Source: Oscillospiraceae bacterium
Lineage (GTDB): Bacteria > Bacillota > Clostridia > Oscillospirales > UBA929
Length of the DNA: 38,947 nucleotides
Reading direction: 5' to 3'
Assembly: GCA_009784085.1 (NCBI GenBank)
Contig: WRCJ01000003.1
Span: forward strand, 1-38,947
Shown: positions 8,597 through 17,373 of the stretch, in pieces
Layout: every line of letters starts with the position of its first letter
Numbering within the stretch: the stretch's first letter is position 1
Program-made: the position numbers and the translations under genes
The notes under the pieces: generated by a model
Told to the model about the DNA's origin: nothing
The model's input: only the letters and a program-made list of their open reading frames with translations
Databases searched by the model: none

Positions 8597-9673
8597 CTAC
8601 ACGTATTTTACCAAAACTTCCGCATTCACGCAATAGGCAAAGGCATCTTCCCGCGTAATATGCCCTGCCCTGACCGCGTCTGCCAACGCCAGATCCATGC
8701 TCTGCATCCCTTCGGTTCCGCTGGCGTGGATAACGGTATCGATCTGATGCGTTTTTGCCTCGCGGATCATGCTGCGGATGGCTGGGTTGACCAGCATGAC
8801 CTCGAACACAGCCAAGCGGCCCTTGGTGTGGGAAGGCAGCAGCTGCTGGGACACCACCGCCTGCAGTACGGTGGACAGCTGGATGCGCACCTGGTTTTGC
8901 TGGTTGGGGGGGAATACATCCATGATGCGGTCGATGGTTTTGGCCGCGCCCACCGTGTGCAGGGTGGACAGCACCAAATGTCCTGTTTCCGCGGCGGTCA
9001 GGGCGATGGAAATGGTCTCATAGTCGCGCATCTCGCCCACCAGGACGACGTCTGGGGACTGGCGGAGGGCGGCGCGCAACGCCGTGGCGTAGGACTCCGT
9101 GTCCGATTCGACCTCGCGCTGGTTGACGATGCTCATCTTGTGGTTGTGCAGGTATTCAATGGGATCCTCCAGCGTCAAGATGTGGCAGTTCCGTTTGTGG
9201 TTGATGAGGCTGATGAGGCTGGAGAGCGTGGTGGATTTCCCCGAGCCGGCCGGCCCGGTCACCAGCACCAGCCCTTTGGTCTTCCGGTAGAGATCCAGCA
9301 CCGCCGGCGGAATCCCCAGCGTCTGCGCGTCCGCCAGCGACAGCTGCACCACCCGGATGACCGCCGCCATGGAGTTGCGTTGCCGGAAAGCGTTGATGCG
9401 AAACCGCCCCACGCCGGGCAGTGAGAAGGAAAAATCGCAGTCGCCGCTTTTCAGGTACTCTTCATAGGAATGATTGCCAGACAGGCGGAAGATTTCCTCA
9501 ATAAACAACGCCGTATCTTTGGGCATCATGCGAAAATCGCTGGACGGCGCGATTTCGCCTTGCCTCTTAAACATGATTGGGCTGCCGGCGGTGATGAACA
9601 GATCGGATACATCTTCGTTGACAGCGCGAACCAATAGATCGTGTACCGTTGTGCCAAGTGATGAAGCAATCAT
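8597..9673 (-). CDS. pilT: Type IV pilus retraction ATPase, PilT/PilU family
   Basis: Walker A GPAGSGKST, Asp box TLEDPIE, Walker B VVLVGE, His box HLVLSTLH, AIRSMIRE motif; lacks a PilB-type N-terminal domain. Confidence 0.93.
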   Translation of the reverse strand: MIASSLGTTVHDLLVRAVNEDVSDLFITAGSPIMFKRQGEIAPSSDFRMMPKDTALFIEEIFRLSGNHSYEEYLKSGDCDFSFSLPGVGRFRINAFRQRNSMAAVIRVVQLSLADAQTLGIPPAVLDLYRKTKGLVLVTGPAGSGKSTTLSSLISLINHKRNCHILTLEDPIEYLHNHKMSIVNQREVESDTESYATALRAALRQSPDVVLVGEMRDYETISIALTAAETGHLVLSTLHTVGAAKTIDRIMDVFPPNQQNQVRIQLSTVLQAVVSQQLLPSHTKGRLAVFEVMLVNPAIRSMIREAKTHQIDTVIHASGTEGMQSMDLALADAVRAGHITREDAFAYCVNAEVLVKYV

Positions 9674-9707
9674 TTCCCTACCCTTGTCCTTTTTATGCTT
9701 ATTATCC

Positions 9708-10265
9708 TTATTTCAATAGGCCGCCAAAAGCCGCGATATCTGGTTCTGACTCTCCCCCGGGACCGTCACTGAGAACTTGAGATTCCAACAAAGATAATAC
9801 ATCATCGTCGAATTCCGTAATGATATTCTGGCCCACATTGTAGTCAAAGCGATCCTGGAATTCCAGCCAAGAGAGGACATCCCAGCGAATCCCCCCCGCG
9901 CCGCCGTCTTTCAGGGACAGCGTTACGGTGAGGTGCGCGGTGTCGCGGCTCACCGTCTGGGTCACGGTAAGCGGGCTGTGCGAAAGAACCTCCCAGTTGA
10001 GGGCCGCCACGGTCTCCAAATCGGCGTCGGAGATGTCCCCGTCGGATTTGGGAAAATCGCGGGCGACCGACTCCAAGCACCCGACTGCCTCACGGGCGGA
10101 GGCATCCAGCTTGTAATAATTGTTGATCCAATTGGCGTTTTTCTCGGCCAGCAGATAATTGGATCGGGCCGAATACAACGCCAGCAACGCGAAGGCGGAC
10201 AGGGCGATCATCAGCAAGATGATAAGCACCGAGACGCCGCCCGAAACCGAAGCTCTGTTTCTCAT
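9708..10265 (-). CDS. Pilin-like single-TM protein (PilX/GspK-like minor pilin candidate)
   Basis: Short basic leader, G|VSVLIILL hydrophobic helix without E5; overlapping genes in the PilC-PilT operon. Confidence 0.5.
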   Translation of the reverse strand: MRNRASVSGGVSVLIILLMIALSAFALLALYSARSNYLLAEKNANWINNYYKLDASAREAVGCLESVARDFPKSDGDISDADLETVAALNWEVLSHSPLTVTQTVSRDTAHLTVTLSLKDGGAGGIRWDVLSWLEFQDRFDYNVGQNIITEFDDDVLSLLESQVLSDGPGGESEPDIAAFGGLLK

Positions 10266-10813
10266 GGCGCTTCCCCTTCCCCTTCAACTCCCGCGACGCT
10301 GAGGTCAGGTGGCGGGTAGACGGTCTTAAACCTCGTATCCTCCTGGGCGGGATCCAGCCGGATGACCGTGACCTCCGGACAGCGTAGCTTCGCCGGTGCC
10401 GCGTCCTGCGCCGATGCCGATGTCGCGTCCGGCGCCGATGCCGAGGACAGCTCCGCGACCGAGACCGAGACCGAGACCGATAAGACAAACCCGCGATCCG
10501 GCTTATCGGCTACCGGATGCCACTCGCTGTCATAGTAGATTTCCCAGCTACCCTCGCCGTTTGCGCTGAGGGGCCGCACCCAGTTGCCGCCCGGATCCAC
10601 GGGCTCCCCATAGAGGCGGCACAACTCGACGACGCTCTGGGCTTCCATGCAAGCCCGATCCAGATCCCGCGCGCGGTCTTCCCAACTGGCCGCGCGGACA
10701 AACAGCTGCATCACGACAATGCTCACGGCGGCCAACGCGCCGATGGAGATGATCAACTCGACCAGCGCGATAGCCCGGTGACCCGCGGCCCCGAAGCCGC
10801 GCCGCCGCCTCAT
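10262..10813 (-). CDS. Prepilin-type protein
   Basis: MRRRRG...RA|IALVELIIS class III-like signal with E5. ATGA overlaps at both ends. Internal SV x4 and SASAPDAT/SASAQDAA repeats. Confidence 0.7.
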   Translation of the reverse strand: MRRRRGFGAAGHRAIALVELIISIGALAAVSIVVMQLFVRAASWEDRARDLDRACMEAQSVVELCRLYGEPVDPGGNWVRPLSANGEGSWEIYYDSEWHPVADKPDRGFVLSVSVSVSVAELSSASAPDATSASAQDAAPAKLRCPEVTVIRLDPAQEDTRFKTVYPPPDLSVAGVEGEGEAP

Positions 10814-11316
10814 GGGAGCCTCCCCACGGCGTTGGCGGCGATGACGGTTTCTTGCGTCCTCATGTGCTCCCCTTCGCCTACCGCAACGGAAAGCAGAAGG
10901 GCCTCGCCATCTTGGCCGGTGGGGCGGCAACTAAACCCGCTGAGCTTCGTGATACGGGTGCCGGCGCCCGTTGTGAAAGGGGTGTCCTCGGGCACGACAT
11001 CCTCCCGCAACCATCCGTCGTCTAAATAGATTCGCGTTTCATAGACATCGTCGCCGGATTCCTGACGGAAGGTCAGCAAGTCCCCGGTTTCGCATGCCCG
11101 CAGGGACACGGCGCCGCTGACATCGTGCTGGCGCAGCTGTGTGGTCAGATAGGACAGTGCCACGCGCAACGAGATATCAGCCTCCCGATCCTCCAAGATG
11201 CGCTCATAAGCGACGCCGCCAGCCGACACAAGCGTAAACGTGGTCGCGCCGAACAACAGGATCAACGCCGCGATTAAGAGGAGTTCCAATATACCGGCAT
11301 CGGCCCGGGTACGCAC
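10810..11316 (-). CDS. DUF4860-like pilin-related protein
   Basis: N-terminal hydrophobic helix followed by G..AY, ALSYLTTQLRQHD and YETRIYLDDGWLRE, as recalled for DUF4860; neighbours are pilus genes. Confidence 0.7.
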   Translation of the reverse strand: MRTRADAGILELLLIAALILLFGATTFTLVSAGGVAYERILEDREADISLRVALSYLTTQLRQHDVSGAVSLRACETGDLLTFRQESGDDVYETRIYLDDGWLREDVVPEDTPFTTGAGTRITKLSGFSCRPTGQDGEALLLSVAVGEGEHMRTQETVIAANAVGRLP

Positions 11317-11336
11317 GAGTAATCACCTCTTCATTC

Positions 11337-11654
11337 CTATTCAAATTCAAATAATGAGTGTTTTACTTGGATATCCGGCGCGATATTGGCGCCATTTGGC
11401 CAATAATGCACGAAGAAGCGCGACTCGTCAAACCGGATTCCGTAGTGATCTTTCAGATACGTCATTTCGGGAGGATACGCCCCCTCCAGCGCGTAACACT
11501 GTATAGCCGCGTAGCGGACAGCCTGCTCGATGCGGGAGCGTTGCGTCTCGGCGCTTTGATCGCCCATCGGGAGCAACGCCGCCACCAGGAAGGCAAGTAG
11601 CGCGACGCCGACGAGCAGGGAAAGAAACGCGGACCACGAACGAAAACGCCTCAT
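11337..11654 (-). CDS. Small pilin-like membrane protein
   Basis: N-terminal TM followed by IEQAVRYAAIQCYALEGAYPP...LKDHYGI; AGGAGG RBS. Confidence 0.7.
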   Translation of the reverse strand: MRRFRSWSAFLSLLVGVALLAFLVAALLPMGDQSAETQRSRIEQAVRYAAIQCYALEGAYPPEMTYLKDHYGIRFDESRFFVHYWPNGANIAPDIQVKHSLFEFE

Positions 11655-11673
11655 TACGTTCCTCCTCCTACCC

Positions 11674-12723
11674 CTAACCGATTGTCGACAGGATGTCGAG
11701 CAGTGGCATCATGACCGAAACCAGGATGACGCCCACCACGATAGCCAGCAAAGCCACGAAGGTTGGTTCGATGGCGCCGATGATGCGGCTCAGCGAGGTG
11801 TCGACTTCCTGTTCATACAGTTCCGACAGCCGGAGCATCATGCCGTCCAGGTCGCCGGTCTTGAAGCCAACGGCCAGCATCCTGGAAAACAAGCGGGGGA
11901 AAATGCCCGTCTTTGTAAAAGCCTCGGGCGCCTCTTCCCCGTCGGCGATGAGCGCCCTGCAATCACTGATTTTGCTTGACACGTAAGCGTTGTCCATCAA
12001 CGCGCCGCTCAGCGCGAGGGACTGATCCAAATCAATGTTGCTGCGCAGCAAGTAGGCCATGGCCGTGGAAAACCTCTCGGCGGAGATCTTCCTGGTGATC
12101 GAGCGGGTAAAAATGAAGTTGGCTTTGAAACGGTCCAGGGCGGTCTTGCCGCTTCCGGAACGGCGGGCAAGGGCGATAGCGAGGAATATGGCGGCGGCGG
12201 CTAGCAACAGAACCCACCAATACGCCCCCATGAACTGCCCGAAACCCAGCAACCCCCGCGCGATGCCCGGTAGCTCGCTGCCCTGGGCTTGCAGCAAGTC
12301 CCCGAACATGGGCAAGACGCTGACGACCAGCAGCAGCACAATGGCCGACATCATCACGATGAGCAGGATGGGGTATGTCACCGACGAGCGGATGCGTTGC
12401 CTCAGTTGCCCTTCCCGTTCGTAGAAGGCAGCCATGGTCTGCAAAACATCATCGAGGTTGCCGGAACGCTCGCCGATCTCGGCCATGCGCTCCATGTAGG
12501 GCGGGAACGCGCCCGATAGGCGGATGGCCTCGGCCAGCGGCTTCCGGTTGTCCACTTCTTCCGACACCACACGGATGGCTTCTTGCAGCGCGGTGCTGTC
12601 AATATCGGCCCGCAGCAAGGTTAGTCCTTCCACCAAAGACACGCCGGCGCGCAGGAACAAGGAGGTCTGCGTGCAAAACAGCGCAATCTCGGATGGACGT
12701 AGCCGTTTGGTTTTTCTACTCAT
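11674..12723 (-). CDS. pilC: Type II secretion system F / PilC platform protein
   Basis: Two T2SSF repeats (GERSGNLD...YP; GFKTGDLD...IEP), three TM segments; GGAGG RBS before ATG 12723. Confidence 0.9.
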   Translation of the reverse strand: MSRKTKRLRPSEIALFCTQTSLFLRAGVSLVEGLTLLRADIDSTALQEAIRVVSEEVDNRKPLAEAIRLSGAFPPYMERMAEIGERSGNLDDVLQTMAAFYEREGQLRQRIRSSVTYPILLIVMMSAIVLLLVVSVLPMFGDLLQAQGSELPGIARGLLGFGQFMGAYWWVLLLAAAAIFLAIALARRSGSGKTALDRFKANFIFTRSITRKISAERFSTAMAYLLRSNIDLDQSLALSGALMDNAYVSSKISDCRALIADGEEAPEAFTKTGIFPRLFSRMLAVGFKTGDLDGMMLRLSELYEQEVDTSLSRIIGAIEPTFVALLAIVVGVILVSVMMPLLDILSTIG

Positions 12724-12756
12724 GGTTACTCCCTCCAAGCGGTTGATCTTGCCAGT

Positions 12757-12784
12757 ATATCGATTCTTTTCCGGCGTACCTTTA
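12757..12784 (-). promoter_or_regulatory. Possible sigma-28 (SigD/FliA/WhiG)-type promoter of the pilus operon
   Basis: TAAA-N16-ATCGATAT, against the SigD consensus TAAA-N16-GCCGATAT; about 33 bp upstream of pilC. Confidence 0.45.
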
Positions 12785-12987
12785 TGCTATTGCCGACAAT
12801 TTTCATGTGGGAAACGGCTATGTTTTCTTGGATAATCATGGAAATAAAAATCACCTCTATTGCGTCGGGTGTCCCTCAAGGAGCTGGGTGAATGAGCATA
12901 AATTTTGTCTTGGACGCTGAATTTGATGCTATTGTGGGGCGAGGATATTACTTTTCATTGGATTCGGTGAAGGCGGTCGCCGCATCC

Positions 12988-13202
12988 GGGGAGGCTTTCG
13001 GCCCCGGCGTGATAGTCCAGGCCCAATTGGCGACTGTCAGGCGGGACAACGAAGGCAAAACGGTGTTTATCCGCCAGGCCGTATCGGGGCGGGTGTTCAG
13101 TAGCGTGCTGTGTGGCGGCCAATGGGAGGGAGTGCCGGTCTCGCCTCGATGCCTTTGAGGGCGCGCCCGTGTCCGGCCAGGAGGCGTCCCTGCGCGTGAC
13201 CC
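12988..13202 (+). pseudogene. Frameshifted internal fragment copied from the adaptor gene (17989-18199)
   Basis: About 91% identical by manual alignment (about 18 substitutions) with a 4-bp GGGA duplication that shifts the frame. Fused behind an unrelated 32-codon start at 12892. Confidence 0.88.
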
Positions 13203-13256
13203 GCGAAGAAAAAGAAAAAGCGCCACAACCGTTTGTATTCGGCGTGGCGTGGGCGG

Positions 13257-13658
13257 TTAAACCGCATTCTTTTTTCGTAAAAACTCCGCTGGCGTCAAAA
13301 TAAACGGCTCATCGGGATAATCTTTTTTATTGCCCGTGATTAGAGTTGCCCCACTTGCTGTTGCTGTATCATAAAAAACGCGATCAGTTTCGTCCGGCAG
13401 GGGAATATCGCTTTTTTCGGGGGTAACAGCTTCTCCAAACTCCTTCATTTTTGCCAGAAGCTCCTCTTTTTTATTGGTGGAAAAAGCAAATTTCGGTCGA
13501 TTCAATACTTCAGTATACTCCTCAAAGATTGAATCACCAAAACACGGGACAATATCATTGGGAATCATTTTTATAATCTCTGCGGAATTACCATTCTCAG
13601 ACCATAGCGCCGACACTAAAACATTCGTGTCAATTACGACTTTCTCCCCATTGTTCAT
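13257..13658 (-). CDS. PIN-domain toxin (type II TA)
   Basis: VVIDTNVLVSA, EY.EV, DETDRVF, LITGNKKDY; ATGA overlap with the antitoxin; AT-rich. Confidence 0.9.
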   Translation of the reverse strand: MNNGEKVVIDTNVLVSALWSENGNSAEIIKMIPNDIVPCFGDSIFEEYTEVLNRPKFAFSTNKKEELLAKMKEFGEAVTPEKSDIPLPDETDRVFYDTATASGATLITGNKKDYPDEPFILTPAEFLRKKNAV

Positions 13659-13954
13659 GCCCAAGCCCCTTGTTTTTCGGTGCGGTATGCTTTTATCTCC
13701 TCATTTATTTCATCGTCGGTCAAGAATCCTTTTGCTTTGTTTTCATTGCGTATACTATCTATCAGTTGATGAAACTGCGCGGTTTCATTTCCCACTATAT
13801 GGATCCTGAAGGGGATTGCCCGCTCATTAACCATTTGACGAACGAAAATATTTATAGCTGTAGATAGTGTCATTCCCATAGCATTGGCAATGGAGTCCGC
13901 TTCTTTTTTTACAGAGCGGTCAATTTTCACGTTTAAGCTTGCTAAATCACTCAT
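13655..13954 (-). CDS. RelB/DinJ-family antitoxin
   Basis: LNVKIDRSVKKEA...GMTLSTAINIFVRQ...IPF ribbon-helix-helix pattern; GGAGG RBS. Confidence 0.9.
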   Translation of the reverse strand: MSDLASLNVKIDRSVKKEADSIANAMGMTLSTAINIFVRQMVNERAIPFRIHIVGNETAQFHQLIDSIRNENKAKGFLTDDEINEEIKAYRTEKQGAWA

Positions 13955-13974
13955 AAAAAATATCCTCCAAAAAC

Positions 13975-14014
13975 ATGATAAACGTATCATAACATAAAAT
14001 TCGCCAGTCGTCAA
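13975..14014 (-). promoter_or_regulatory. TA promoter with overlapping palindromic operator
   Basis: TTGACG-N17-TATGAT on the minus strand. Inverted repeat ATGATA-AACG-TATCAT at 13975-13990 overlaps the -10/TSS. Confidence 0.7.
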
Positions 14015-14029
14015 TACGATAGGCGAATA

Positions 14030-14076
14030 TTATATTGGCGGCTCGACCGGACTTTATGTTGGCGGCTCGATCGGAC
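14030..14076. repeat. Direct repeat x2 (24-bp period) between divergent promoters
   Basis: TTATATTGGCGGCTCGACCGGAC / TTATGTTGGCGGCTCGATCGGAC. Confidence 0.85.
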
Positions 14077-14080
14077 CCTA

Positions 14081-14109
14081 TTGCGGCAGGTGTCTTTCTG
14101 TGGTATAAT
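14081..14109 (+). promoter_or_regulatory. SigA-type extended -10 promoter of the SBP operon
   Basis: TTGCGG-N17-TATAAT with a TG extension. Confidence 0.65.
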
Positions 14110-14155
14110 GGTGACACCGATAGGGATGAAAATAATATTGAATCGAGGGCTTTTG

Positions 14156-15556
14156 ATGACCAAAACCGTGCGCTGGGTGGCCGTTGTTGTCGCCACCGCG
14201 ATGCTGTGCGGGTCGATGTTAGCCGTTCTGGCGGGCTGCGACGGCGACGGCGGTGGCGGTGGCGGAGGATTTATCGACCCTATTCCGCAGACCAAGGTGG
14301 ATTTGACGCCGACAGAGGAACTGGTGATTTATCTGCCGAGGTACAAATATTTTAACCCGATCTTTTCCAGAGCTGTGTCAAAGTTTATCGAGAAATACCA
14401 TGACGTAAATGTGACGGTGACGCAGATAGGGGAAGCGGACGAATACCCAAGCTCTACCAGCGCATACCAGCAACGCGTTAATAGCGAACTGATGGCCAAT
14501 TCAGGCCCGGACATCATCCTTACGCAGTATTTCGAAGACCTGTATAAAACCATGGACAGCGGAATGTTCCTCAACCTCACGGATATCATCTCGCAGGACG
14601 ATGAATTCAGCATGGCAGGGTGCAACGAGGTCGTCATGGATGTCGGCGTTTACAAAGGTGGGCGCTATGTTGTTCCCCTAACATATACCATACCGATCAT
14701 GCTGGGGGAACAGGGGGTACTTGACGCCGTCGGGTTTGACGCATCACAAAACACCGATTTCATTTCCTTTGTTAACCAGCTCACGGCCAGTTTCCCGAAA
14801 GCGGCTGAGAATGCCGCGTTCAATCGCATGACAAACTTCAATGCCTACAATTATTTTGATTACAGCGGCGTTCCGTTGGTGGATTACGAGCGCAAACAGG
14901 CGCTGCCCGACGAAGAAAGCTTTAAAACGCTCTGCGACTCGTATAAAGCGCACTGGGAAGCCGATAAGGTGGACGGTGTTTTCAATAACGGCTATTATTC
15001 TTCCTTAGTTGACGGATCGCATGTATTGATGTTTTATTGGGATGTGAGTTTGTTCGTTGATTGGGGTTGGTTGAGGGATTACGAGTACGCCCCGGTTTTG
15101 GCGGCGTTACACGCCATGGACGGTGGATTGGTCGCCACCGTGTCGCAGTCCGCAGCCATCCGCGCGGGAAGCCCCAACCAGCTCAACGCCTGGAACTTCA
15201 TTAAGATTTTACTGTCAGAAACCATCCAGTACTGTAAACCGAATACCCATGATGCCATAAGCCGTCATGGGTTTCCCGTAAACAAAACGGCGTTTGACCG
15301 TGAGCTTGACGGCATCTTGAAATATCAGGAAACGTTTAGCGCATTCGAAGATGATTTTACGGTGTCTGCGGTAACAGCGGAGGAAAAAGCCCCTTACGCG
15401 GCACTGCACAGGAGCATCACAAGCTGCAAGCTGGAGAATAGTACGCTCGCCGACTTTTTCTTCGAGAATATGACACCTTATTTTGAAGAACAGAAGAGCT
15501 ACGACGAGTGTGTCACCGAACTGATGGGCAAACTCAGGCTGTACATGTCTGAGTAG
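14156..15556 (+). CDS. Extracellular solute-binding lipoprotein (family 1-like), paralog A
   Basis: Lipobox LAGC, ELMANSGPDII, GRYVVP, AIRAGSPNQLNAWNFIKILLS, GFPVNK. Confidence 0.85.
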   Translation: MTKTVRWVAVVVATAMLCGSMLAVLAGCDGDGGGGGGGFIDPIPQTKVDLTPTEELVIYLPRYKYFNPIFSRAVSKFIEKYHDVNVTVTQIGEADEYPSSTSAYQQRVNSELMANSGPDIILTQYFEDLYKTMDSGMFLNLTDIISQDDEFSMAGCNEVVMDVGVYKGGRYVVPLTYTIPIMLGEQGVLDAVGFDASQNTDFISFVNQLTASFPKAAENAAFNRMTNFNAYNYFDYSGVPLVDYERKQALPDEESFKTLCDSYKAHWEADKVDGVFNNGYYSSLVDGSHVLMFYWDVSLFVDWGWLRDYEYAPVLAALHAMDGGLVATVSQSAAIRAGSPNQLNAWNFIKILLSETIQYCKPNTHDAISRHGFPVNKTAFDRELDGILKYQETFSAFEDDFTVSAVTAEEKAPYAALHRSITSCKLENSTLADFFFENMTPYFEEQKSYDECVTELMGKLRLYMSE

Positions 15557-15607
15557 GCGGCAACACGCAGGTTCATTATGAGCTACCACAAGGGGAGGGG
15601 ACACGGA

Positions 15608-16495
15608 ATGAAACGATTCACCCTGCGCCGCCGCGAGGCGCTGACCGGGCTGGGATTCGCCGCCGTGCCGCTGCTGGGCTTCGCGGCGTTCTATGTGGTC
15701 CCCTTCGGCATCACCGTCGCCAAAACCCTCTCGGGCGGCGTGTCGGGGTTCAACTTCACGGGCTTCTCCAACTACGTCAGCGTCTTGAACAGCGAAGCCT
15801 TCCGGCTGGCGGCGGGCAATACTTTCAAGTTCATCGGCGTGGGCGTGCCGCTGCTGATGGCGCTATCGCTGGGCGTGGCGTTGTTGCTCAACATGCGGCT
15901 CCGGGGCGGCCGCCGCATCCGGGGCGGCGACGGGTTCAGGGCGGCCTATGTGCTGCCGCTGGTGCTGCCTACCGCCTCGGTGATCCTGGTGTTCGAGATC
16001 CTGTTCGAAAGCGGCGGCGCCATCAATTACGCGCTGGACAAGCTGGGGCTGGAACCGGTCAATTTCCTGCGCTCGCCGAACACCTTCTGGATACTGCTGT
16101 TGCTCTTTATCTGGAAGAACATCGGCTACGGCATTATCCTCATGCTGGGCGGCTTGGTCCAAATCCCCAAAGAATACTACGAAGCCGCCCGGGCAGATGG
16201 CGCGGGCGGCTTTACCTGCCTGCGCCGGATCACGTTGCCGCTGATGGCCCCCACCTTCCTGTTCGTGACCGTGATCTCCATCGTGGGGGCGTTCAAGTCC
16301 TTCCGCGAAGCTTTCGCCCTGGCTGGGGCCTACCCGCACGAGAGCATCTATATGCTCCAACACTTCATGATCAACAACTTCGCGCGGCTGAATTACCCCC
16401 GCCTGTCGGTGGCCGCCGTGCTGACCTTCTTGGTGATATTCGCGTTCGTTTTAGTCCTATTTTTGCGGCGGGGCAAGGGCGGTGTGGCAGAATGA
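15608..16495 (+). CDS. CUT1-type ABC permease (MalF-like)
   Basis: Six TM segments, EAA loop YYEAARADGAG...ITLP. Confidence 0.92.
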   Translation: MKRFTLRRREALTGLGFAAVPLLGFAAFYVVPFGITVAKTLSGGVSGFNFTGFSNYVSVLNSEAFRLAAGNTFKFIGVGVPLLMALSLGVALLLNMRLRGGRRIRGGDGFRAAYVLPLVLPTASVILVFEILFESGGAINYALDKLGLEPVNFLRSPNTFWILLLLFIWKNIGYGIILMLGGLVQIPKEYYEAARADGAGGFTCLRRITLPLMAPTFLFVTVISIVGAFKSFREAFALAGAYPHESIYMLQHFMINNFARLNYPRLSVAAVLTFLVIFAFVLVLFLRRGKGGVAE

Positions 16496-17331
16496 CCAGG
16501 CGTACCCTCATATACTCGGCCCTCGGCCTGCTGGCGGTGATGACCCTGTTCCCGCTTCTCTACATGGTCACCAACTCCTTCATGGGGGGGGCGGAATACT
16601 ACCGCTACTACGGCAACCTGCCCCAGGGGCTGTCCGGGCGCAACCCGATGCACTTGATCCCGGAATGGATCACGCTGGACGGGTACTGGGAGATACTGTT
16701 TTCACGGCCCCAGTACCTGGTGAAGTTCTGGTCCTCGCTTTTTCTCAGCGGCACCATCCTGGCAGGGCAGATGGTCGTGGCGGTGCTGGGGGGCTACGCC
16801 TTCGCCCGGTTCCGGTTCCCGGGGCGCAACGCCATCTTCTTCTTGATCATCCTGCTCATGATGATGCCCCTTCAGGTCACGCTGGTACCCAATTACATTG
16901 TGCTGGAACAATTGGGGCTGGTCGGCGGGTACGCGGCGGTCATCTTGCCGGGCGTGTTCTCGGCTTTCGGGGTGTTCCTGATGCGGCAGGTCATGTTGAC
17001 CCTCCCCCCCGAAATGTTTGAAGCCGCCCGGTTGGACGGCGCGGGGTCGTGGAGGGCATTATGGCGGATCTGCCTGCCCAACTGCAAATCCGGCCTCGCG
17101 GCGCTTGCCATTTTGAGCTTTGCCGACAGTTGGAACATGGTAGAGCAACCGGTGGTGTTTTTGAAGGACGCCAATATGTACCCCATGAGCGTGTTCTTGA
17201 CGCAAGTCAACGCCATGCGCCCCGAGGCGGGGTTCGCCTGCGGCCTGCTGTCGGTGGCGCCCGCGCTGTTGCTGTTCCTGCGGTTCAAGGACGAAATGGT
17301 GATGGGCATTGAATATTCGGCGGTGAAGTGA
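16492..17331 (+). CDS. CUT1-type ABC permease (MalG-like)
   Basis: GGYAFARFRFPG, MFEAARLDGAG...ICLP, F.DSWN; ATGA overlap. Confidence 0.92.
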   Translation: MTRRTLIYSALGLLAVMTLFPLLYMVTNSFMGGAEYYRYYGNLPQGLSGRNPMHLIPEWITLDGYWEILFSRPQYLVKFWSSLFLSGTILAGQMVVAVLGGYAFARFRFPGRNAIFFLIILLMMMPLQVTLVPNYIVLEQLGLVGGYAAVILPGVFSAFGVFLMRQVMLTLPPEMFEAARLDGAGSWRALWRICLPNCKSGLAALAILSFADSWNMVEQPVVFLKDANMYPMSVFLTQVNAMRPEAGFACGLLSVAPALLLFLRFKDEMVMGIEYSAVK

Positions 17332-17373
17332 CCGCCGCAAGGGGGCGGTCGCCAACCGCCCGCGGAGGGTATC

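Noticed and set aside
10814-10930. Upstream extension of the prepilin ORF
   Set aside because: Overlaps the DUF4860-like gene; the ATGA-coupled start at 10813 gives a proper prepilin leader
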